The position numbers and the translations under genes are program-made. Under the pieces are notes generated by a model, which did no database searches, was not told the DNA's origin, and saw only the letters and a program-made list of their open reading frames with translations. From Antedon mediterranea (Eukaryota; Animalia; Echinodermata), in assembly GCF_964355755.1 (NCBI RefSeq), contig NC_092674.1, positions 12,090,001 through 12,154,000 on the forward strand: a stretch of DNA of 64,000 nucleotides, read 5' to 3'. Each line of letters starts with the position of its first letter. The first letter of the stretch is position 1. This document shows positions 26,501 to 36,600 of this stretch, in pieces.

Positions 26501-27487
26501 GGTGGAGGAAATAATAAAGGAGATAATGGAGGCAATGGAGGAGGTGGAGGTGGTGGTGGTGGAGGAGGAGGAAACAAAGGAGGCAACGGAGGTGGTGGTG
26601 GAGGAGGAGGAGGTGGAAACAATAAAGGAGATAATGCAGGAAATGGAGGTGGTGGTGGTGGCGGAGGAGGTGGAGGAAACAAAGGAGGCAGCGGAGGTGG
26701 TGGTGGTGGTGGAGGAGGAGGAGGAGGAAATAATAAAGGAGATAATGGAGGCAATGGAGGAGGTGGAGGTGGTGGCGGTGGAGGAGGAGGAAACAAAGGA
26801 GGCAACGGAGGTGGTGGCGGAGGAGGAGGAGGTGGTGGAAACAATAAAGGAGATAATGGAGGAAATGGAGGTGGTGGTGGTGGTGGTGGTGGCGGAGGAG
26901 GTGGAGGAAACAAAGGAGGCAGCGGAGGTGGCGGTGGTGGAGGAGGAGGTAGAGGAAATAATAAAGGAGATAATGGAGGCAATGGAGGAGGTGGAGGTGG
27001 TGGAGGAGGAGGAGGAGGCGGCGGAGGAGGTGGAGGGGGTGGGGTAGGTGGTGGAGGATTCGGTTTTGGTGGTGGTGGTGGTGGTGGTGGTGGTGGAGGA
27101 GGCGGTGGTGGAGGAGGTGGTGGTGGAGGAGGAGGCGGAGGAGGTGGTGGATTTGGATTCGGTGGTGGAGGCGGAGATAAGGAAATTAAGAAAGGTGGTG
27201 GAGGTGGATTCGGATTTGGCGGTGGAGAAGGCGGAGGCGGCGGTGGGGGTGGAGGAGGAGGAGGTGGTGGAGGTGGTGTAGGTGGAGGAGGTGGTGGAGG
27301 TGGTGGAGGAGGAGGAGGTGGTGGTGGTGGTGGTGGTAGTGGCGGTGGAGGAAGAGGTGGAGGAGGAGGCGGTGGTGGAGGAGGTGGGGGAGGAGGAGGT
27401 GGAGGCGGAGGTGGTGGAGGCGGTGGCGGAGGAGGTGGTGGTGGAGGTGGATTTGGATTTGGTGGAGGCGGTGGTGGAGGAAAATAA
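20570..27487 (+). CDS. Secreted polyglycine prepro-protein, 661 aa; exons 20570-20653 and 25586-27487
   Basis: Exon 1: aaaaATG MRRLILVALGLAMVLVYTSG-FPVKKSKE|GTAAGA (signal peptide, phase 0). Exon 2: tttcattccacag|DEIESSLIQEIDRYLEEKR then 614 aa of Gly tracts with NKGG/NNKGDNGGN spacers and GFG motifs, ending GGGK*. Phases match. AATAAA at about 27502 and 27888. Small intervening exons are not excluded. Confidence 0.85.
22097..22442 (+). mobile_element. Kolobok-type MITE, AGATGTATTGTCCC family (intron of the polyglycine gene)
   Basis: TTAA|AGATGTATTGTCCCCC...GGTGGACAATATATCT|TTAA; interior homologous to 17110-17408. Confidence 0.85.
23701..23792 (+). mobile_element. Minimal HINE-like element (same family as 15729 and 41754)
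   Basis: CAACGCGACTCTACAGCT...CGGTCGGTTGGTCG...AAACACTAACTTG-AGCACGCGACTGCATATATGGCCTTGTT. Confidence 0.7.
24728..24882. mobile_element. Small hairpin MITE (PIF/Harbinger-like); related copies at about 33018-33320
   Basis: GCTTGGTTCCCACT...AGTAAGAACCAAGC termini; internal inverted TAAGGACGTA / TACGTCCTTG and ACCAAT / ATTGGT. Confidence 0.7.
25642..27480 (+). repeat. Coding (GGN)n tract with a higher-order repeat of about 110 bp
   Basis: GGA/GGT/GGC runs punctuated by alternating AACAAAGGAGGC and AA(C/T)AATAAAGGAGATAATGGAGG(C/A)AAT. Confidence 0.95.
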
Positions 27488-29567
27488 TATGAACACAAAC
27501 AAATAAAAGATGTTACTTTATTTTTTCAATTAGTTATTATATTTGATGTTATAAGGTAAATAATAGCAAAAAAATACATGTAGTCATTATAAATGTTAAT
27601 TTGAACAAGAAAAAGAACCTAATGTTGAAAAAATTATGATAAAGAGATAGATATTGATTCCATAATATATTTCAAAAAATTCGTTTTATATTCTGGGTAC
27701 TGGTATCTGATTTTGTTGACATTAATAATTATTTGAATATTGTTGAATAATTGTTCAAGTGTATATAAACACAACAGTAGAATTTGGAAGGTATATTTTT
27801 TATTTAAATGTAGGCCTATATTATTATAATACTAATTACAATTCATTTGTTTCTTGATCCTGTCAAACCTAACACAATGCTATGTCAATAAATTAAATGA
27901 AGTTTACTATATACTGTATTGTGTCATTTTGGGTATTGTAATTGGAATAACGATAAGTAGTTAAAACTAGACCTACATACTGCAAACAAGAAAAAACACG
28001 GAAGAAGATTGTGAAAGACCACTAACAAAATTAACATAGGCCTATTAGTGGACTGACATAATATTATTGAAAGACTGACATAATTTTAGAAAAATACATA
28101 ACTACCTAAGAGACGGATCAGACTTTTGATACTTACGTGAACATATCGATAGAATCAAACAAATCGATCGGAGAAAGCAGAGGAGCTTTCGAAATGGCGA
28201 CGCTGGTAGTTGAGACGTGGACTGTCCCTCAAAGTCGTCCAAACCCACTTTCCTGTACAGTCCGTGCACGTTTTCTTGTATCCGCATACGCAATGTTAAT
28301 TTGACACTCGGTTACGCATCGCACACTTCCATGTCGCCTGTTTCGAAAGCTTGCTATTAAAATAGACATACGTGCCCAAACAAATATAGATAGAAGGAAC
28401 CTTCAATTTTTCTATCTAGTACCTGGCAAAACATGACGTCATTTGTCCATTTTTTTTTTCGCGTATACCCTAAACCCTAAACTTTATAAAAGGGTTAAAA
28501 TGTGCATGCCTGTAATCCTAGTTTATCACCACCAAGAAACTGTAATCGACCAAATCAAATCCTATGTTTTGAAAGAACCCGTATACGTAACAATGATCCA
28601 TAGGTACCGCTATGACGTCATAAGCTTAGGTCAATCGCAAAATCTAAAGCATCCTATTGACGACGGAGACCCTTTCGTTTATCAAAAGATATTTTATGTC
28701 TACATTGATTTTGTCTCCCGTAAAGGAATAATAATATAAATATATAATAATAACAATAATAATAGTGATATAATTACCCAATGTGAAAAACGTCCATCGT
28801 CCAGAAGATGTTTCAACTATTTCAATAAAAGCAATCCATAGCTTTCTATTACTAGACAATAAAACTCGATGTGTATAAAAATGGTGATTAGTCGGCACGA
28901 GTTAGGCCAACTCATGCAGCGTCGTGCGATGAATAATCTCTTCGGGAGATCGTTAAAGCTGTTTAGTTCTCCCGATCAGGCACGGATCCAAAATATTATT
29001 GTCGGGCTGGCCATGACCTACTAGATGGGTTTTTACGTTATTACTGTTATTTCTGAGAGTTGATTCCATTTTTATTTAATTGCACGATTCAACACCTTGT
29101 ACGTATGTATTATTTCAAAGATTACAACCATCAAACATTTTTATTTTACTTACATTTTTATATCGTAATATATTCTTATAGAAAGGTGTATGATTCCTTC
29201 CACTAGCTTATTAAATGAAAACTTTATTGAAAAATGAAAATAGCTAGATCATAATAATTATCATATATAAAAATAATATATATATTCGCTGTTTGGCTAA
29301 AGGTTGATTAATATTTCGTTTTTGGATCTTTGATTGTTATTATCAAATACTGTATAAGACATATCGCATGTACCATCTTTGTTCATTATACGACGTCTTC
29401 CTATCCAACCTATGGAGCTTATCACATTAATGTAGAGATTCAGATACGTTTGCTCTAGCACGAATCCAAACAACGGAATAGTACAATACACTAAATAAAA
29501 TTAATTAATTAAATTAAAATTTAAACTACATTTGAAAACCGCCAGGTGGGTACAAGCTTCTTAAGAT

Positions 29568-29738
29568 CTGGCTACACTATGAAATCATGGAGGTAAAAAA
29601 TAAATTTAATTTATTATCCTTGATAACATTTATGTAAAAAAAATTGTGCTGTGCCCATATTTAGAAACGATTACGTCATACCATATTTGAGGCACATTAT
29701 AATTGTCCTGTAAAACTAGTTTGATAGTGCAGACAGAG
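29568..29738. mobile_element. Small hairpin MITE (CTACACTAT...ATAGTGTAGAC family); second copy at 50152-50280
   Basis: TCTGGCTACACTATGAAA...AAACTAGTTTGATAGTGCAGACAGA, with interior motifs (CCATATTT) shared with the 50152 copy. Confidence 0.65.
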
Positions 29739-30136
29739 TTTATTATGAGTGATATAAATGATGTTTTAATAAAACCGTAATTAAGCTACTAGTTCTTTAT
29801 CATGGTTGCTACAGCATTCTATTTCACTGTTAATCTTTCATACAAACCATGGATTAGGCTATTCCTTAATCTATGTACAAACATACGAATATACAGGACA
29901 CTGCCTTAAAACATTGGTATAATAACAACTATTTAATTATGTTTACATTACATATCATTATTATAGTATTAGTATACTAATGTTCTTGTTATTATAAGTT
30001 ATAAGTCATCAATATTAAAAGCTGTCTCTTTTAGACCTGAAGTTTCTACAATCATTAGTAAATGTGCATGCATACCAAACGAAAGTTACTACTATGCTAG
30101 AACGTTAAACAATATATTAATAATAGTTCCTAACTA

Positions 30137-30374
30137 ATGTTTTGCCCTACCTTGACGTAATGTGTACTTCATACTAAGTACATTTGTGAATACTGGCGAA
30201 AAAATTCGCATGTAGTTCTCGGGTGATACTCGAACCCACAACCTCCAGATAACTAGTCTGGCGTTTATACCTCTTAGCCACCGAGCTTGCGCTGATGGCT
30301 AGTGATTCAGGCTGGTGATCTTCTCAAATTTACTTAGTAAGAAGTACAAATCACGTCAGAGTAGGGCAAAACAT
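30137..30374. mobile_element. Foldback element: 54-bp inverted arms enclosing a tRNA-like sequence
   Basis: Arms 30137-30190 and 30321-30374 (ATGTTTTGCCCTAC...GTAGGGCAAAACAT, about 7 mismatches). Confidence 0.8.
30216..30287 (-). pseudogene. tRNA-derived sequence (Thr-AGT-like pseudo-tRNA or SINE head)
   Basis: Minus strand GCTCGG-TGGCTAAGAGG (A box)...CCAGA-CTAGTTA-TCTGG (anticodon arm, AGT)...GGTTCGAGT (B box)...CCGAG. The T-stem is imperfect. Confidence 0.65.
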
Positions 30375-30626
30375 CCGACCAATTACTCATCTCCCTGGCG
30401 CAAAGCAAATCCTCAGTAGTTTTTTTTACACTGGTTTACTGGATGTGTATAGGCCTATTTTGTTTTACAAAATAACTGTTAAAAACCTACATAAGTTCAA
30501 TATAACTAGTGCCTCTATCATAGTCTTTATATTCTACATACATTAATTATAAAAGAAATATTTTTAAAACTACTGTATAACATTGTAAACATTTCGCAAA
30601 GTAATAAAACTTTAAATGCTGTCTAT

Positions 30627-33600
30627 CTAGTTTACATTTTCATAACTCTGAGAACCATCCAATATGCGAACTGCTGCATCGTAGCAAAACTGGTACTGCT
30701 CCTAAAAGATTAAGTAGTACACTTAGTATTAGTATTATTACACAACATAACATACAACAAAACTGGTACTGCTCCTAAAAGATTAAGTAGTACACTTAAT
30801 ATTAGTATTACACAGCATAACATACAACAAAACTGTTACACTTTTTAATAACTACTGTCAGGCAGTAGGCCTACTGTTTACAAAGTGCGAAAGTTCAATT
30901 ATTACAAAGTGTGAGAGCATTTTGTACAATGTGTGACAGTTTTGTTAAAAAGTGCGAAAGGTATTACAAAGTGCGACAATTATTACAAAGTGCGAAAGTA
31001 CAGTCGTGATCTATGAGACCACTGTTTCCACGACAAAAAAATGGCTAATCTCCATGTTCAAATCTCATGCATTACCAGGAAGACCAACACTAACATGAGA
31101 CGGATACCGGCATTCCCAAAGAAGAACTTGCTATAACAATGGCGGACAGAAATTTAAGGGAAATCTAATCGTATACGCATGTATTTCCCTGGTGCTTTTA
31201 TTTTTTGCATTAGCGAAATGTACTCTGGTCAATTCTTACACCCTAATGCAATAAGGTAGCAGTTATAACTAATAAATAATTAATTTTGCATTGCTTACCT
31301 AGCGTCAACTAAGTAAGTTATCTATCAGTTTTGTAACAATCACTTTATCAATATTGACAGATAAGACAGACAAGACTATATTACTAACCATGTTGTCAAC
31401 CATATATGGACATGATTTACGTAATTTTTTCACTGTATGGTATACATCTACTAGAGTCTCCTCTTTGATCTTCTGAATAATCGATGACACTGCACAGTAA
31501 AGTCCACAGCGTCTTGCACCATCCCTTATGATGGAAACATTAAGTAAAATGTATAAAAATAAGGGCTCAACTGTTATGTCACATTGTTAGAGATTTAAAA
31601 ACTAGAAGTCCCGCCTTTATAAGACTGCACTTGTCTTAAAAACGCATAATTATTAAAATAATGATTATTATTGTAATTATCCATTATTAACTGCTATTTC
31701 ATTTTCCTCCTTTATTAATTGTATTCTTAATTATCGTAATTATTCTGACATAATTGTTTTTACTAATATTAGTTTTATTAATATAATATTTAAAGACGTA
31801 CTGGCAAACAATGATTGCAGGATATCCTTTACAAGACTGTTGTCGTCTTTCCACGCTTGATATCAGGGTTAGAAATGAGTCCAAGTCTGGTACTGAGGCT
31901 CCCATCGGCCATTGTGTGCATATAAAATGATATATGTCTCGCTTTTCTTTTCCCTAAAATAAAAAATACATGTATGCCTGAACTTTCTTTAGTTTGTTTA
32001 CAAGTTTACGTGTTTTTTTTTTGGTTTTTTTTTTGCAAAAATAGAAAACAAAAAAACAGTAAAAAGGAAAGCAAAGGTAAAAATAAGTGCTGAAAATCTG
32101 TGAAAACTTATTACGAGAAATCTACCAACTGCAATCCAAATGAAATTCTAATATTGAACAAATGTTTACCAACTATTGAAAATGTTCATAATAGACCTAA
32201 TTTATGTTTGAAAAAAAAATAATTGTTCGGAAATTAACAGAGTTAGCTGGTATATATTATTGTCTGTTTTATATTTTATTTAGTTGATTTATGTTAATTA
32301 TTTATTCACATTTACCTTCTGCAATGTAAGCGTCTGTTTAACGATGGAATGTTTTCGTTCAGACGATTCAAGTTTGATAATGTAATCTCCATAATCCAGT
32401 TGTTCATTCACTTGTTCAGGTATGTACCTTGCGTACGATTTGTCTTCTAACTCATTCAACGTCACTATTATGTGGGAATCATAATCAAATACCATGCTCC
32501 AAAAGTCAGTGCATGTATTTACTGGTACCGAGAGCGGTGACTGAGTTGTAATAAAGGCGTTTGCTTTCTTGTATTGCTATAGAAATTAATAGAAGAAATG
32601 TTTAACAAATGAGATCCCTGGTGATAACAATTCATATAATTTGAATTACAGAAAAGATATAGAATATGGTAAATATTTTTTCTCATAATTCTAAATCACA
32701 TCCATACGAATAATATTCAGTTTCTTCAATTAATTGTCTAAGCTCTAGACTAACTGTATAGCAAGTGTGTGCAATCGACACATTGATGATGCATTTTTAA
32801 GACAATTATCATTATTGTTTTTAGAAATAAAAAAAAGTAAATAGGCCTACATACTGGACAGAAAGAAGCGTTGATGTAATAGCCTCCATTTGTCGATGGT
32901 GTCAATAGATGAAGACGGGTCCTGTTTACTAACAAAAAAAGACATTAAAAACTTACTTTAATATCATATTTGTTTTCTTCAATGTGTATTAACTATGAAT
33001 TAATGAGCATACGCAAGAGTTTGGTTTATTTGGACGTAAGGCAATGAGCAACGTAAGTAATTTGACCAATGACAAGCGATAGATTATTCGAACTACCATG
33101 TGCCATTGGTCAAATCACTTGCGTTGCTCTTAAATCCTTGTGTTTGCGTCTTATATTACAGTAGTGAACACTAACATTAGGCTTCACATTTGGACGTAAC
33201 ACAAGGACGTAAGAGCACCTCAAGCAATTTGAACAATAACGACGTGATAGATTATTCCGAATAACTGTCAACTTGCGTTGCATTACGTCCTTGCGTTACG
33301 TCCTAGTGGGAACCAAGCTTGTAATGTAGTTTTCACATATTTGTCTTAATGTAAACCACATTTTAATGTATTATAAATATATGTATTTATAATTATTCAG
33401 TGAAGGCTTACGTGGTATAACATCATGGAATCTGTTTTGTGTTATATTTTGTGCTTCTTTTCCAGACGATACCAATTCTTCCACTGGATTTGGTGACAAG
33501 CTTTTGAGGGTCTGTAAAAATAAAACGGTTATGATAGTAAACTAGGAATGTACCGTATCCGTCCGATGAGTTATTAATAAAACTCTTAATGTGTTTGATA

Positions 33601-36600
33601 TAAACAAACTACAAACTGCTGCTTTTATTATTCAGATTATCTAATAATACTTTACCTTCTCACATTATTAATCTTTTTAACAGAGCTTCTGAACCTCACC
33701 ATTATAATACTAGATTTTCTTTTAAAAATTATGTACCAAGTATTAAACGTCGTTCTATTCTTTATTATGGTCCAATTATAGGGAATAAACTCTTCGATAA
33801 CTTGAAAAACAAATTCTCTTTAAATAGCTTTAAACACTGCGTAAAGAAATATCTGGTCTCTGAATACAGCACTTAAGTTTCTGCAATCTTTTTATTCACT
33901 TACTTTGTGTGTATGTTGTAATTTATACTTGGTATTTTTACTTAAGAATTATGATTTAGATTGTTTTTAAAATATTCTTTCTTTCATGCTTCGTAAATTT
34001 CTTCCTACTCAGTTAAAGGTGGGTATGACCCAAAGTTATTATTTGTACTTATATAGTCTCCTTCCACACAATGCAATTTTCTTTTCCCTCATAATTCATG
34101 TATTTTACGAGTGTGTAGAAAATAAAATGATTACTGATTACTGAATCCATGACATATGAAACTTAGCAGGACATTCTCACACGGTACTATATACATATCC
34201 CCACAGTTATTGTCTCTAGACGAGAACAGGCCCAGAAATGTTTAAAGTAAAAAAGACATAAATATTAGGCCTACGGAAGTATAAAGGGAGTAAAGTTACA
34301 GTGAAGAAACTGCAGATGCCCACAGTTTATTCTCTATACATAGTAGAGTACGAGTATCGGCTAGGTATACTTTAAGAACCTCGCAGGTTGTGCAAAGAAA
34401 GTACTATGCGTGTAAGTATAATACGTTTTTTATATTACAACCCATCAACTTTTATTGCACTCGTTTATTTCGTATCCAAACACCTTTTTTCTTTTAATAA
34501 CTTGAGGGTTTGTTTACATTTATTCAATTCTTACACAAAGACCAACGTATAATATGTTACCATTAGTTGATGAGACATTAAAGCAGTGTCTTCCTCATTC
34601 TGTGTAGTTGTAAGACTATGTAACACATGTCTCAAGTTCAGCACTGGAATAGACGTCTGTCCACAAAACAACACTTCAAGTAGCAACTCGTATATAAAAA
34701 TATACTGCTCCTATAATCAATAAAACCAATATTGCAGGGAACACGTCATTTGAGGGTTTTTATCAGGTTCGAAACAATTTGGATACTTTTGTTTTACAAT
34801 TTAGTTTATTGGAATAAAAGTTCCTTGAATGACCAGTGTTATAAAATAAAATAATAAAAAAAAATTAATAAAAAAAAAAAAAAAAACAGGACAGGACAAG
34901 GGAAATGGTTTGTAGGAAAGTGTTTATAATGGTTTGGAGCATGCAGGACTATTGAAATTGTCTTGTTATTTGACAAATCATCATTCAACAACAATAACAA
35001 CAAACCATTTATAAGTTGTTTTATAGCACAATTACTTAAAATATTTATTTTATTATTTTGAATGAGACCATTTTATATCACGTACCGAATGGCTAAAAAT
35101 GTCCTAAGCCCAACTTACAATCATTAAAAAAGGTACTTAATTTTAGTAAAGTATTGTAGATCTAAATAAATCTAGTATTTTTTAACATAGTTACTTGTGT
35201 TTGAACCATCTGTATGCGCTTATCTCTCATTCTTTTCACAAAGTTGAACACATCAACGCTTTGTTTCTGTTTCAGCATATCTAGCATTGCAGATATTGCA
35301 ATTACGGTACCTGTTCTTCCAGCTCCAGCACTATGAAAAATAAGATAAAAAAACAATGAATGTAAAATCTGATCCATCTTCATTTACTAGAGTATGTCTA
35401 AGTTTAGAGCTTTGATTTTATAACCGATTGTAAAATGTATCCATTAGGCCTATTTCTTCAGCACATTTTGAATTTCAGTGTCCCATATGTAGCACATGCG
35501 ATTCCTGTATCATATGCCATATACCTAACCTTAACCTCACTATACAGTAAAACATTATGGACCAATTTGTATTAGTATTTCCAGACATGCTAGTGTTAAA
35601 AGATAGGAAACAATTTTCTAAAGCCGGTGATCTGTTAAGTTAGGTTCATAGTAAAACATAAAAAATAAAATATAAATTGTTATTTGAGAATATTAAATTA
35701 CTAATATATACTAATGAAAGCACTCAGCAACCAACAAACAAAGCTAATACTACGGTATACTTGGCAACATTTTATTTTACCAAGTAATAACATATTAAAA
35801 CAAAGATGATGAAAAAAAGACCCTCAGCGAAATTGAACCAACTCAACTGTGTAAAGGCTGGATATAATAACCATTACACCAAACTCACATTCACAACTTT
35901 GTAGTATAATTAGCCTAATCGCACTATAAAAAAAAATCTTCTTAGGCGGAAGTATGCTCTCTCGGAGTGCCTTTCTTTCTAGTTAAATATGTTTGTGTTA
36001 ACTTTAACATTACATTTTTAAACGTTAAATTACCTGCAATGAACGATGATAGGCCCAGTGTCTGGTGACGCTTTTTTCTTTTCATCTTTGAATTTGTGAA
36101 TGAAATCCACGAGATGCGTCACCTCACTCGGTACACTCTTGTCTGGCCATGATATGAAGTGATAATGCCATACAAAATGGATCTCCTCAGACCCTTCCTA
36201 TACATTCAATTTCTAATATATTATTCCACTTTGTAATATATTTGACTAAATTTATTGGGTTTGTTGCCTGGGTTTTGGGTTTTTTCAAGACAATTAATAA
36301 GTTACATTCGTATTGTACTAATGTTAATGCCAGTTTATGTCATGTATAAATTATTAATATTATTTTAAATATTACCATTTGAAGTTGGAATTTTCGAATG
36401 ATGTAATTTATGTTGTCCTGTTCCTCAGCATTTGTGACCATGATATCTCCGTAAAGGCTGGCATTCTTCAAATCCGGCCAATATTTTTCAGACTTTTTCT
36501 TAAAATTAAATAATTGTTTACATTTTTATTTAATGAAAGTGTATTATTCATACAAAAAATATAATTAAAATATACCTAATTAGGCATATTCGGTAATTAA

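Larger units (their letters stand above)
30627..33511 (-). other. PTP domain D2 exons (degenerate, probably inactive)
   Basis: QNRF for KNRY, YINAS, ITTQSPL, DFWSMV, WPM for WPD, VCQDGARRCG for HCSAGxGR, EQYQFCY; C-terminus SYENVN*. Confidence 0.9.

Noticed and set aside
25604-27506. Poly-Pro (25609-27498), Ser/Thr-rich (25604-27502) and Glu/Val-rich (25617-27506) ORFs
   Set aside because: These are shadow frames of the (GGN)n tract. Variation falls at the third position of the Gly frame, and only that frame has a splice acceptor, propeptide and matching signal exon.
30216-30287. Functional tRNA-Thr gene
   Set aside because: The T-stem and acceptor stem are imperfect and it is embedded in a foldback repeat; treated as tRNA-derived.
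30685-31002. Short repeats resembling a CRISPR array
   Set aside because: Eukaryotic intron context, no constant repeat with unique spacers and no cas genes.
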